A DNA stretch of 63,717 nucleotides, counting the filler, from Welwitschia mirabilis (Eukaryota): NCBI GenBank assembly GCA_051453625.1. It is 4 parts of one record of this genome, joined end to end, with 100 filler letters (N's around TTAATTAATTAA, not from the genome) between each part and the next. Parts side by side here need not be neighbours in the genome. Positions count along the whole stretch, not along the records: positions 1 to 25,251 come from JBOZIK010000001.1; positions 25,352 to 46,626 come from JBOZIK010000001.1; 2 more parts are not named here. One strand, given 5' to 3'. Both the position numbers and the translations under genes were made by a program. Numbering within the stretch: the first letter of the stretch is position 1; each line of letters begins with the position of its first letter. The notes under the pieces were generated by a model. The model was not told where the DNA came from, ran no database searches, and was given only the letters and a program-made list of their open reading frames with translations. Positions 12,490-26,281 of this stretch are shown one piece after another.

Positions 12490-14094
12490 TGCCATTTTAG
12501 CAGTGTACCTTATAGCTGCTCCTTTATAACATAACATAACGAATCTAAAAATACATATAAAATACCAAAAGAATTTATCTAGCATGTTACTAGTCTTAAT
12601 AGACTTAGCATGATAAAAGTTAATCAATAGAGATAGCCAAATAAATGTTTAATTATTTCAATGAGCATCATAAAAGAATCGCTATAATTATATTATTTTA
12701 TGCATAAGATAACAAATAAATACTTGAGATATTTAATTCATATACATGGACATGTAAGAAAATATAATTGAGGATACATATCTAGAATTTATTAATGCAT
12801 ACTATAAGCAACCCTAATCATTGAGGAATGTGTCAAACCTGCATCATTAGATGACAATAACATGCATACATAATTGCATTAAATCATACAAAAACACACA
12901 AGATTATAACTAGGAAATCCCATGACTAATTCCTTTTAGAATGCTAATATAATAAAACTACGTCTATAAATTAAAATATTTACAATGTTAACAAAATAAT
13001 ATAAGAAAACTCAAATTATATTATTCCCTATATACATGTGTATATATTTTAGCTCCAAGGGCCATCACAAATTAGTGAATTTGCTTAACTATTTAAGCCT
13101 TCTCTTGGGTTTAAGGCATTTTTCACCTTATCATTATGATTCTTCTTATTAATATTTCCTAAACCATTTCCACATGATTAATGATATACACACTTTTTAT
13201 AATATTAATTAGAAGAACATCTAATCATAATGGTAGCTATAACAACTATTTCAAATCATTTTATCCCTTATATATCTATAATAGAATTATAATTTTATTT
13301 TGGTAATGGATGTAAGGTGGTACAATCTATTTTCTAATGAACACATTATGCCCCATCTAATTCTACAACATAGAACATTACGAGCATGAAATTAATATTA
13401 GATGTTGTTAGTAACTATAGGAAAAAAGTCAATACTCTTCCTTAAAATATGCATGTCAAGTTATCCTGAATTAAAGCATATTATTGCTAATACTAAGGGA
13501 TTACATAATTTAAACATAGGAAAGTTTATTTTTATGATTTTTGGTACTTTATTATATATTTATGTTTGAAAATAATTCAAGTAAGTATTGTTGTTCATGT
13601 TTAATATGTAGACAATTATGGATTCAAGAACAAACCATTTAAGTTAACTTAGGTTGTGATATAAAGTAACTTTAGATGTTGTACATCATTTATTCCTTTC
13701 AATAGGTAACTATAACTAATACTAAATCAAATTTTTACTAATAATAACATAGTGGTAAGTAATATGTATTTAGGATAGCCTAATTAAAACCTTTACATAG
13801 TTTCCCAAATGCTACTAGTAACCTAGGTATTTATGTAATACAACATAAGCCTACATCCATGAGATGTTGTCTCTCTATTCCTTAGAAGGTTATTTGATAT
13901 TCCATTTAATAAAATCTATTCTCCTTGCATAAAATCTTATAGTAAAATTTTTCTACATGTTTCCACACCTTACTAACCTAGTTCACTTAACCTAGATGTG
14001 GTTCTATTAAAATTATAACATACTATCATATTTCTAGAAATTTAGATAGTATATAGGTAGTATGTTAACACCTATTTCTCATTCTATCATTTCA

Positions 14095-14134
14095 TTCTTC
14101 TTCTTCTTCTTCTTCTTCTTCTTCTTTTTCTTCT
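14095..14134. repeat. (TTC)n microsatellite
   Basis: Direct reading. Confidence 0.95.
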
Positions 14135-14530
14135 TTTTGAAAAATAATCTTTCCTATAATAGCTTCTTATGCAGTTAAGAAAATCTTAAAAATAAATTCA
14201 TTCTTCCTATTATCCCTTAACAAAAATAAATCTTAAGCTATTAAACAAAAGTTTTGGGTTAGGCTTATATCTAGTTGATGAGATATTTCTATACTAAGTC
14301 TTCATATTTGTCTTTAAAAGTTGAACTTAAGTCATGGGGAATTGAGTTTAGTATGTTTGTTACATATATTACTTTTCTTTTTCTTAAACATAATATGTAA
14401 GCATCCCTATTATGCTTCAAGTATGATTTCCTCTTAGGAATAATTACTTATAGGATCAAAACCTAAGGGTTGTAACAAAAGAAGTCTTTACTGGTTTTGA
14501 AATTGCTGCTTGGTGTTCATAGCTTAGGGT

Positions 14531-14818
14531 TTTATTCTTTTAAGTGCTACTTTATCCATACATTTTATTTCTCAACCTAGTAATGCAAATTTTATTGACG
14601 CATTTGATGCCTAAAATAGTTAACATTGTAAAAAAGAATATTGCTATAGTACCACTGTATAAGAAAAATTTTATTCTTTTAAGTGCTACTTTAGCCATAC
14701 ATTTTATTTCTCAACCTAGTAATGCAAATTTTATTGATGCATTTGATGCCTAAAATAGTTAACATTGTAAGAAAGAATATAGCTACAAATCATTTCTTAG
14801 TAGGACTATATAAGAAAA
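14531..14818 (+). repeat. Tandem duplication with 139-bp period
   Basis: TTTATTCTTTTAAGTGCTACTTTA... starts at 14531 and again at 14670. The second copy has a short extra segment near its end. Confidence 0.93.
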
Positions 14819-16112
14819 ACTGAAACAACATTTCTAGATTGCAAATCTTGCCTCATTTATAATTAAAAAACCACTAAAGCATAATAATATTAATGGAATA
14901 ACAAAAAAAAAAGAATAAAATTTAAATCATAAAAGTTTTATAATAGCATCTATATGAAATAACAATTAATGTGTACCAAACTTTACTGTTGTTCAACATC
15001 CCTAGGATGCTTCCTTACACAACCAAGATTTCACAGAAGTATTTCCTGATTTGTCTAATAAATATAATTATTCATAATAAGAAAAATCCATGACATTTTA
15101 ACATATCCAAAGAAGTGAAGCATTTCATTTATAAGGTTCATTTGAGAAATAGAACTAATGGCATAAATATATCATCAGGAGATAGCAGAAAGCATGCATA
15201 GCAAGTATATAGAAATTAATAGCTAAGACTTCTTGGGAACTTGTAGTTCTCATTCTCTACCATCCATTGCCTTTATGCTCTTCCCCTTTCCACCGTTCCT
15301 TCCTCACCTTTATTACTTCATATATCTAAGCTCCTTAGTAAGAATTTTATAGAAGAGGATAATGTTTAACCACATATTTTGCAAGCAAAACTTATGCTAT
15401 ATTTATCTCAATAGTTGAATTAAGTATGTTGGATATCTTGGAAACTACAAATTGTAGAAGTTTATACTGGATATTGTAAGCATGATGTGGAGGTGCACTA
15501 CAAAAATACTATAATAAGAAGAAAAGAATTGTGCCTTCGAATAACCTAACTCATCTGCTCTAGCTAGTTTAGCTTCTTTATTTCTCTACTGTGCTTAGGG
15601 GAAGCAACTTCTGAGAAATTCTATATCCATTAACAATACAAACCTTTCATTTGTAAGCACTTGCAAAGATGTAAGGTTGGGGAAGTGGTGACCATTTGAG
15701 TGGAATCAAAACAATTGCATAAAAAATATTGTTCTACTTTTTGTGATTCTTAGCAAAGAGCAAGTGATGCGATTAGTAAGCCCATGCACTGGGCTACTTT
15801 TGTTAATTAGTTTTTGTGGAAAAATGAAACAAAAGATTTGGGAAGATATTTGAAATGTTAGGAGGATTCTCCTAGGAAATAAAAATAATCTTAAATAAAT
15901 ATACAAAGAAGGCATCACTTCACTTTGTAATACCTACATTGCCTTGGCTTCTACTTTCCTCAGACCTCAACAATGCAAGTCAACTCTACCTGAGATTAGC
16001 CAAGATGACTGTAATGCTAACCTAAGTGGGAATAATATTAAGCATTTTAATTTTTAGAAATTGTAGCAATGGATCATGTTTTGTGCTTTATTGTAAATGC
16101 TAAGAGAATGAT

Positions 16113-19100
16113 GAGTGTAGTCATGTAGCATACTTTTGATTAGAAAATGGCATGCAGATTTAAGATGTCACTAATAAGACCTCACTGTGGATTAATAAAA
16201 ATGCCATGCATTTCCAATTAATTCTTTCTTTTATTATTCTAATGCCATATCCAAATACGTGACACCCTTTCTACTCTACCACAGGCTTATTGAAAATAAT
16301 AGTAGATGTCCCATATGTCTGGATGATCTCACCAAATATTTCTTACTTGCCATTGCAATAATTCTCACAAGAGCATTACACCATTTGTGTAGCATGCAAG
16401 GGCCCTACATGCCATCTAATTGCCATATAAAAGTAGTGGTGATGGTTGAGAATTCCAACGTTACTTCATTAATGCAGCATTAGATTTTGGGGTAAAAAAT
16501 CTATGTTAAAATCATATATGCACATGGTGAACATAAAATATTCATGTTAATCTTTCCAAGTATGATCATTGTGAAGGGTGATCATTATTCTAGTTTTTGT
16601 CATTAGTGTGAATGATTATGATACAATTTAAAACTTCCCCTTCAAAGTGTCTATGTTGAAGAAAAATGAAGAAGAGACGAGAAGTTATGNNNNNNNNNNN
16701 NNNNNNNNNNNNNNNNNNNNNNNNNNNNNNNNNNNNNNNNNNNNNNNNNNNNNNNNNNNNNNNNNNNNNNNNNNNNNNNNNNNNNNNNNNNNNNNNNNNN
16801 NNNNNNNNNNNNNNNNNNNNNNNNNNNNNNNNNNNNNNNNNNNNNNNNNNNNNNNNNNNNNNNNNNNNNNNNNNNNNNNNNNNNNNNNNNNNNNNNNNNN
16901 NNNNNNNNNNNNNNNNNNNNNNNNNNNNNNNNNNNNNNNNNNNNNNNNNNNNNNNNNNNNNNNNNNNNNNNNNNNNNNNNNNNNNNNNNNNNNNNNNNNN
17001 NNNNNNNNNNNNNNNNNNNNNNNNNNNNNNNNNNNNNNNNNNNNNNNNNNNNNNNNNNNNNNNNNNNNNNNNNNNNNNNNNNNNNNNNNNNNNNNNNNNN
17101 NNNNNNNNNNNNNNNNNNNNNNNNNNNNNNNNNNNNNNNNNNNNNNNNNNNNNNNNNNNNNNNNNNNNNNNNNNNNNNNNNNNNNNNNNNNNNNNNNNNN
17201 NNNNNNNNNNNNNNNNNNNNNNNNNNNNNNNNNNNNNNNNNNNNNNNNNNNNNNNNNNNNNNNNNNNNNNNNNNNNNNNNNNNNNNNNNNNNNNNNNNNN
17301 NNNNNNNNNNNNNNNNNNNNNNNNNNNNNNNNNNNNNNNNNNNNNNNNNNNNNNNNNNNNNNNNNNNNNNNNNNNNNNNNNNNNNNNNNNNNNNNNNNNN
17401 NNNNNNNNNNNNNNNNNNNNNNNNNNNNNNNNNNNNNNNNNNNNNNNNNNNNNNNNNNNNNNNNNNNNNNNNNNNNCTTCATATGACATAAATTAAATAA
17501 TTATGGAATTTGAAAAACAATACAATACACTTAAAGGTGGTACAGCCTAACATGAATATATATCCATGTAAGAATCTCCATGCACCATTAACCAAGACTC
17601 CATACTAATTAAAAAAAGTGTAGTATAGTTTCTAGTTCTAAACCTTAAACATAATTTAAATTTGAGTTGGCATCATATGGTAAAAAAACAAGGCTAAGGT
17701 AAAAAAGAGTGTTAGATTTGATATAGTTAAGTTAAGTGGATCTAGCTCTACATCCAAAACTTAACTTAATTAAACTTAAAAAATTATCCAATTAAAAATT
17801 AGGCTAAGTGAATCTTACTCAACATCCCTACTTAGCTTGAGAAATAAGAAAATGAATAGCCTTCGACTTATAAATATCCAAAATTTTAGGGGGGAAAAAG
17901 AGCAATAAAATAAGCAAAACACTACACACATACACAAATGAGCTAAGTACTCAACAAAAATCAAATGTTCACAAGCCTAATAGAAATTCTTTTAAAAAGT
18001 ACATAAGATTACACATAACAAGATAAAATGATAAAAATAAAATCCAAAAAACTAAATTTGCACATCTTAAACATTTAGGGGGCAAAAAATAATGAAGTCA
18101 AACAAAGACAAGGAAGCAACAGTGTAATGTAGAGAATTAGAAGTGAAGAAAAACATGGCCATCCTTTATTTCCTTCATCCTCCATCATTATTGATAATCA
18201 TACAATGGGTATTTGATCATTATAATTAATTTCTTTTAATTTTACAAATCTTAGAAAAATCACTTAATGATTTCAAGAATTTGTTTAGACCCTTATGGAT
18301 GCCCTCTTCCTAATCAAAAAAAAAATCCCTTAAACTTATCTATAATAATGTTTTATAAACTAGAGATTTGGTAATTATTATAATGTCATAAAGTATTTCT
18401 AAAATAGTTATAGTCTTAGAAAACTTTAATGGCTTATCCATAGCATTGCATATATTAGGATGATTAGACACATTTATAATATTTAACATTATTAGTAAGC
18501 CTAGCTGAAACAAATAGCCTAGTTCTTAAAAATGAAGTATGTTTGGTCACCTCTAAGATTGTAGCATGTATCAAAAAGTGAAGTACCTCTTTGTTGTTTA
18601 TCATTATTAATATGTAGGATAATAGTATTGGTTGAGCAACTACAAGTTTCCAAAGGATGAACACAAGAAGTGGTAAAGTAAAGATGACTTTTCTTTACAA
18701 AAACCTCATAAATCTTCTCTACCACCTAATGGAGGATAATAGACTAAGCTTCTAGCCTTCACACTTTGCACACAACATAAGGAGTTATAGGTGATGGAAA
18801 TAAGAGTGCCTAAACTTATAGTAATTGTTCTTAATTTCAATGATACATATAACAAATCAAGGTCTAGTTCTTAAATCACAAATGCTAAAGAAAATCAAGA
18901 TGTTAAGAAAATAAACACAAGGAGATGATAAGGGTTACATCAAAAGAAACATATAAAAATGGGAACAAAAACCTAAAAATAGCCAAGAAGATAAACTAGA
19001 ATAATGTTGCATATGGATCATGGATATTAAAGACGTTTAGTATAATCATTCTAGTTCTTGGCTTACTTGGAATTAAAAGAAGTAAAGGTTTCATCTTTCC

Positions 19101-22100
19101 AATAGTAAGATAACTAACTACCATATTTTATACTCATGACTTACTTTCATTCATATTTCTTTAATCACTTAAAATGATTGTAACCTTTGGACTTAGAATA
19201 ACATTTATAACTATAGGCATATGAAGGATAAATCCATAAAGAAATCATGGTATTATTTTGCTCTAATTTTTGAGCATCTAAATAAAATTTGGTATACTCA
19301 AATTTATAGAAAAATATTGGAAGAGTTAGTTTTTCTATAACTGGTGGCTTCCTATGTATCCTAAATTTCAAATGTTTGGTTAGTTCCTTCTGCAAAACAT
19401 GCTTTTTCTTGATGGTCAACTTCTTTATTTTAAAGGTTTTATGCCTATTTTTCCATATTGTTATTATAAAGAATCCATTAAGAATATCTTATTCGTCTTG
19501 TCCGATAGATGCTTCTTCTTGGAAATGGGTTAGCCACTCTTTGGGATGACATCAAACTTACAATCTCTCAACTTCCATTGGTATTGATGAACCTAGTAAT
19601 CCCCTGCAATAGTGGACATGATATTCTTTATGATGCATGATCTTATTTGAACTATGAAATCTTCAGGATAAAGGCATGTTTAATAAAGAGTTTTTTTAGT
19701 TATTTCCCTTTCTCTTTTAAACATTCTATTATTCAGAGTATTAAGCTTAAATTTTATAAGTCCCTTGCTTTTTCTTCTAACTTCTCTGTTTGGAGCTTTT
19801 CTCTAGTTTAAGATCCATATTAAATAGCTTTCCGATATCATTTTTGTTTATTTGGCATATAAAAAAATTTTTCGACTAAAAAATGAATAACATAATGCTT
19901 CATAGTTTAGATAGAATGGAGGATTCAATAACATTAAAAACTATGCTACATGCTAGAATTCATTCTTAATGATCTTGAGGAAAGGCATTTTCTACATTCT
20001 AAATCTCAAAATCAATGTGAAGCGAAGCCTCTACTTGGAATTGAAAAAGTAGCCCAAATGCTATAGTCTATAATATCTAGGATTTTGCAGGGCATTTTTA
20101 AACTTGCACTCTTCACCAAATCTAATGAATGTCTTGCTAATAAATCCATGGAGAATTATGTTGAATTGCTTTCATGTTGCTTGATGATATTAAACACTTC
20201 CTTTTACACTAAGAGGATGAGAGGCATGAATCTTACAAGTTGGATCTCTTATCTCCATAGGTTTCCCTTATAGAAAAAGAACTACAAAAACATGTAAGTA
20301 TACTATTTTATGTTATATAATGCACACAAAATTTGTATGTAAAAATTAAATACCAAGTGCAAATAAAGGTAAAACAATGGATGTTTTGCTTTTCGTTTGA
20401 CATTTAAGCCTAAAAACCTTATATGCTATTAAAAAAAAAGAAAAAAATGAAAAAATAGCAAAATAAAAAAGACTCCAAAAAAAGGAAAACACTAGGAAAA
20501 TTAAAAAAACTACATGCAATGCATGCAGGAGTGTAGCCATGCAGCATGCTTTCGAATAGAAAATGACATGCAGATTTAAGATGTCACTAATAAGACCTCA
20601 TTGTGGATGGATAAATATGCCATGCATTTCCCATTACTTCTTTCTTTTATTATTACAATGCCATATCCAAATACGTAACGCCCTTTCTGCTTTACCATAG
20701 GCTTATTGAAAATAATAGTAGATGTCCCATATGTCTGGATGATCTCACCAAAGATTTTTTGCTTGCCATTGCAATAATTCTCATAAGAGCATTACACCAT
20801 TTGTGTAGCATGCAAGGGCCCTACATACCATCTAATTGCCATATAAAAGTACTGGTAATAGTTGAAAATCCCAATGTTACTTCATTAATACAGCATTATA
20901 TTTTGAGGTATTAAAAAAATATATGTTAAAACCATATATGCACATGGTAGACATAAAATCTTCATGTTAATCTTTCCAAGTATGATCATCGTGAAGGGTG
21001 ACCATTATTCTAGTTGTTATCATTTGTGTGAATGATTATGATACACTTTAAAACTTTCCTTTCAAAGTGGCCATGTCTAATAAAAATGAAGAAGAGACGA
21101 TAAGTCATGAGGTTTAGTTGATTTTCAAGGGGATTTTTATCACATTGATAACTGAAAATGATACAACTATTACACAAAGAAAATTTTTGAAATTAAGGTA
21201 AGAAAGCACTAGAAAAAACTAAAATGGTATAGTTGACTTGAAAGGGATCTTGCTTACATCCATAATTTAACTTATCTATACAAGCCACAAGAATGTAAAA
21301 TAATGTTGAAAGGAAATGTAAAATTCCAATAGAGAGGTATAATTAACTTGAAAGGGATTTTGCTCACATCTACAATTTAAGTAGCCTATTTAATTGACAA
21401 TAGTATGATGAAATGAGAGTTGAAAAAGTAAACCCCTAAAGAGCATTATGATTTTGCATGTGTAAAGAAAAAAAATATTTTACTTAGAAATCCTTATAAA
21501 AATGTAATAATTTTTAATGTAAAGGATTTAAATCATGAATGGATCAAATGAAACTTGATTAATTTTAAGTCTTGCTTTAAAACCAAGGAGTGCCTATGTT
21601 CCTTTAAAGGATATTACGCTTATTTCTAAAACAAGGAAAAGGAAAAAGTTTGATAGGGCCTCCAAGTCATTGACTAATGTTGGTTACCTTAGTGACATAC
21701 CTCCATCCTTTAGGGAAGATATATTAGTGACCCATTTATACCTTGGATTCATTAAACTCTAATAAATTACACTTATGCCTTATTGTTGAGTTGGTGATAA
21801 AATATAATTAGATCCTTCTATTGTGTCTTCCGTCTCTGCCCATAAGAATCTAGACCTTAAGATGCCTAAGACTTTTTCACTTAGGCAAAAAATGGCTCTT
21901 CATATGACCTAAATTACATAATTATGGCATTTGAAAAACCATACAATACACTTNNNNNNNNNNNNNNNNNNNNNNNNNNNNNNNNNNNNNNNNNNNNNNN
22001 NNNNNNNNNNNNNNNNNNNNNNNNNNNNNNNNNNNNNNNNNNNNNNNNNNNNNAAAAATTTTGAAATTAAGGTAAGAAAGCACTAGAAAAAACTAAAATG

Positions 22101-25100
22101 GTATAGTTGACTTGAAAGGGATCTTGCTCACATCCATAATTTAAGTAATCTATACAAGCCCAAGAACCTGAAATAATGTTGAAAGGAAATGTAAAATTCT
22201 AATAGAGAGGTAAAATTAACTTGAAAGGGATTTTGTTCACATCTGCAATTTAAGTAACCTATTTAATCGACAATAGTATGATGAAATGAGAGTTGAAAAA
22301 GTAAACCCCTAGAGAATTATGATTTTGCATGTGTAAAGAAAAAAATATTTTACTTAGAAATCCTTATACAAATGTAATAATTTTTAATGTAAAGGATTTA
22401 AATCATTAATGGATCAAATGAAACTTGATTAATTTTAAGTCTTGCTTCCAAACCAAGGAGTGGCTATGTTCCTTTAAAGGATATTACCCATATTTCTAAT
22501 ATAAGGGAAAAATCTAATAGGCCTCCAAGTCATTGACTAATGTTGGTTACTTTACTGAAATACCTCCATGCTTTAGGGAAGATATATTAGTGACCCATTT
22601 ATATCTTAGATTTATTAAACTCTAATAAATTACACTTATGCCTTCTTATTGAGTTGGTGTTGAAATATAAGTAGATCCTTCTATTGTATCATCTGTCTTT
22701 GTCCATAAGAATCTAGACCTTAATATTCCTAAGACTTTTTCACTCAGGTAAAAAATGGCTCTTCATAAGACGTAAGCTACATAATTATGGCATTTGAAAA
22801 ACCATACAATACACTTAATGGTGGTACAACCTAACATGAATATCTATCTATGTAAGAATCCCCATGCACCACTAATCAAGACTCCATACTACTTAAAAAA
22901 AAGACAGTATAGTTTCTAGTTCTAAACCTTAAATATAATTTAAATTTGAGTTGGCATTATGTGGTAGAAAAACAAGTCTAAGGTAAAAAAGAGTGTTAGA
23001 TTTGATATAGTTAAGTTAAGAGGATCTTACTCTACATCCAAAACTTAACATAATTAAACTTAAAAAATTATCCAATTAAAAATTAAGCTAAGTGAATCTT
23101 ATTCAACATCCCTACTTAGTTTGAGAAATAAGAAAATGAATAGCCTTTGACTTATGAATAACCAAAATTCTAGGGAAAAAAAAGAGCTAAAAAATAAGTA
23201 AAACACTACACGCATACACAAATGGGCTAAATAATCAAGAAAAATCGAATGTTCACAAGCCTAATAGAAATTCTTTTAGAAAGTACATAAGATTGCACAT
23301 AACAAGCCAAAAGAATAAAAATAAAATCCAAAAAACTAAATTTGCACATCTTAAACATTTAGGGGTCAAAAAATAATGAGGTCAAAAAAAGACAAGAAAG
23401 CAATAATACAATGTAGAGAATTAAAAGTGAAGAAAAACATGGCCATCCTTTATCCTTCTTCATCCTCCATCATTATTGATAATCATAAAATGGGAATTTG
23501 ATTATTATGATTAATGTCTTTCAATTTTACAAATCTTAGAAAAACCACTTAATGATTTTAAGAATTTGTTTAGATCCTTATGGATGCCCTCTTTCCAACC
23601 CAAAAAAAAATCCCTTAAACTTATCTATAATAATGTTGTAGAGACTAAAGATTTGGTAATTATTATAATGTCATAAAGTATTTCTAAAATAGTTATAGTC
23701 TTAGAAAACTTTAGTGGCTTATTCATGGCATTGCATATATATTAGGATGATTAGACACATTTATAATATTTAATAGTAATAGTAAGCCCAGCTGAAAAAA
23801 TAGCCTGCTTGTTAAAAATAAAGTATGTTTGATCACCACTAAGATTATAGCATGTATCAAAAAGTGAAATACCTCTTTGTTGTTTATGATTATTAATATG
23901 TAGGATAATAGTGTTGGTTTAGCAACTACAAGTTTCCAAAGGATGAACACAAAAAGTGGTATAGTAAAGATGACTTTTCTTTACAAAAACCTCATAAATC
24001 TTCTCTATCACTTAATGGAGGACAATAGACTAAGCTTCTAGCCTTCACACTTTGCACACAACATAAGGAGTTATAGGCAATGGCAATAAGGACACCTAAA
24101 CTTATAGTAATTACTCTTAATTTCAATGATACATATAACAAATCAAGGTCTAGTGCTTGAATCACAAATGCTAAAGAAAATCAAGATGTTAAGAAAATAA
24201 ACACAAGGAGATGATAAGTCTTACATCAAAAGAAACATATAAAAATGGGGACAAAAACCTAAAAATAGCGAAGAAGATAAACTAGAATAATGTTGCATAT
24301 GGATCATGGATATTAAAGATGTCTAGTATTATCATTCTAGTTCTTGGCTTACTTGGAATTAAAAGAAGCAAAGGTTTCATCTTTCCAATAGTAAGAGAAC
24401 TAAATATCATATTTTATACTCATGACTTACTTTCATTCATATTTCTTTAACTACTTAAAATGATTGTAACCTTTGGACTTGGAATAACATTTATAACTAT
24501 AGGCATACGAAGGATAAATCTATAAAGAAATTATAGTATTATTCTGCTCTAATTTTTGAGCATCTAAATAAAATCTGGTATACTCAACTTTATAGAAAAA
24601 TATTGGAAGAGTTAGTTTTTCTATAACTGGTGGCTTCCTACTTCTCCTAAAATTTCAAATTTTTGGTTGGTTCCTTTTGCAAAACATGCTTTTTCTTGAT
24701 GGTCAGCTTCTTTATTTTTAAGGTTTTATGCCTATTTGTCCAAATTGTGGTGATAAAGAATCCTTTATGAATATCTTTTGGTCTTGTTCGATAGCTACTT
24801 CCTCTTGGAAATGGATTAGCCACTCTTTGGGATGACATCAAACTTACAATCTCTCAACTTCCATTGGTATTGATGAACCTAGCAATCCCCTACAATGGTG
24901 GGCATGATATTCTTTATGATGCATGATCTTATTTGAACTATGAAATCTTCAGGATAAACGCATGTTTAATAAAGAGTTTTTTTAGTTATTTCCCTTTCTA
25001 TTTCAAAAATTCTATTATATAGAGTATTAAGCTTCAAATTTTGTAAGTCCCTTGTTTTTTATTCTAACTTCTTTGTTTGGAACTTTTCTCTAGATTAGGA

Positions 25101-25251
25101 TTCATATTAAATAGCTTTTCCATATGGTTTTTGTTTATTTGGCATATAAAAAAGTCTTTCAACTAAAAAATGAATAATGTAATGCTTCACAGATTGGCTA
25201 GAATGGAGGATTAAATAACATTAAAAACTATGCTACATGCTAGAATTCATT
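16113..25251 (+). repeat. ~4.4-kb tandem segmental duplication (copy 1 16113-20528; copy 2 20529-25251, cut by the scaffold end)
   Basis: Collinear match from GAGTGTAG(T/C)CATG(T/C)AGCAT through to ATGCTAGAATTCATT (~19965 and 25251). Paired ORF-track entries 18464-18664/23723-23950 and 19165-19419/24647-24841 share peptides. Confidence 0.95.
21111..21445 (+). repeat. Degenerate ~110-115-bp tandem repeat with a conserved ~35-nt core
   Basis: A GGT(A/T)TA(G/A)TT(G/A)A..T..AAGGGAT.TT..T.ACAT-like core occurs at 21111, 21226 and 21336. The last two cores recur at ~22100 and ~22209. Confidence 0.75.
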
Positions 25252-25351
25252 NNNNNNNNNNNNNNNNNNNNNNNNNNNNNNNNNNNNNNNNNNNNTTAAT
25301 TAATTAANNNNNNNNNNNNNNNNNNNNNNNNNNNNNNNNNNNNNNNNNNNN
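25252..25351. other. Artificial scaffold-joining spacer 44N-TTAATTAATTAA-44N
   Basis: An identical 100-bp layout occurs three times. The 12-mer at 25296-25307 has stop codons in all six frames. Confidence 0.95.
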
Positions 25352-26281
25352 TTTGATGATACATTTATTACCTACCTATAGTATTCTTTATAGATGATTG
25401 ATTCATAACATCAGCCCATTGTTCTATGATAGTTATGCCATATGACTCACTTATGAATGTTGGTAGTTTTTAGGAAGGGAAATTACTAACTTTTATTTGA
25501 AGGAGACATAAGACCATGATTAAGGTTTAATAGCTATAAACTCTAGGATATCCATGTCTTCTCTTAGCTATGTTTAGATACTTTAGAATATATTAGCTTG
25601 TGAGTGAGTAGAGATTTATACATCTACAGATATTAGCTTGTTACCTATAAGATATGGATATCCACATATCAAGAGAGGCAAAAAGGCCTTAGGTATAGAG
25701 ATCTGGGGTTGGCATTATCATTGAGCAAATATAGGCATTCCTAGTAGATACAACATAGGGCCTTAAAGAGACCATGAATTAAGGCTTTACTAAGCTAGAA
25801 CAGAGGATATTTACAGTTGATAAGAGAGTTTAACACACTAAGGAGTAGCTAATGAATATGCCTCATTGCATATTATGCATTAAACATGATGTGACAGTTG
25901 ACATCCCAGAGACAGTTAGAGTATAGGAAGATGAGACTGCATACTCCATCACAATGATCTTTGACTATCATTTCCCTACAGATCTTGAGCATCCTTCATC
26001 TTCTCCACATGAACATGAACTTAAAGCACATTAGGAATTTATTTTGACATAATGAGGGGAGTGATTAATTATATTGTATTATGTATCTTCTCTCTGTGAA
26101 TTATATTAAAAACTCATTATTTAATATAAAAATTATTTTCCAAGTATTATTATTATTATATTCAGTTTTATTTTTGAGATTATTACACACCATTTACATA
26201 TTATTGAGATATTTTATTATGATTTTTTTTATTACGCATGATTATTTGTCATGATATGATGTACATTTAAGTGAGGGTTGT
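25352..26281 (+). mobile_element. 3' internal fragment (extra-ORF region plus PPT) of an Athila-like gypsy element
   Basis: Homologous to ~38985-40320 (+) and ~43800-44835 (-). It ends with PPT-like TTTAAGTGAGGGTTG. Confidence 0.75.

Larger units (their letters stand above)
10640..14477 (-). mobile_element. Del/Tekay-like Ty3/gypsy relic: long LTR-like region, PBS and PPT with almost no internal sequence
   Basis: GCTTTGATATCA at 10720-10731, in the context AACCTAAGCTTTGATATCAAC, is a decayed reverse complement of TGGTATCAGAGCTTAGGTT. The minus strand shows PPT TTAAGGGGAGATAA followed by TGTAATA at ~10646. A candidate LTR start TGTTACAACCC lies on the minus strand at 14477. Confidence 0.5.

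Noticed and set aside
11754..12627. CVCVCV / THTHTH repeat proteins
   Set aside because: They are translations of (CA)n microsatellites.
16259..16483. RING-finger gene (CPICLDD)
   Set aside because: The remaining Cys/His ligands are not in RING spacing, and the frame is not preserved in the other two copies.
21111..21445. CRISPR-like repeat/spacer appearance
   Set aside because: The cores are degenerate, the linkers are ~75 bp and related to each other, there are no cas genes, and the context is eukaryotic TE DNA.
25296..25307. TTAATTAATTAA as a biological palindrome or piggyBac-like TTAA site
   Set aside because: It is always centred in exactly 44+44 N, so it is an assembly linker.
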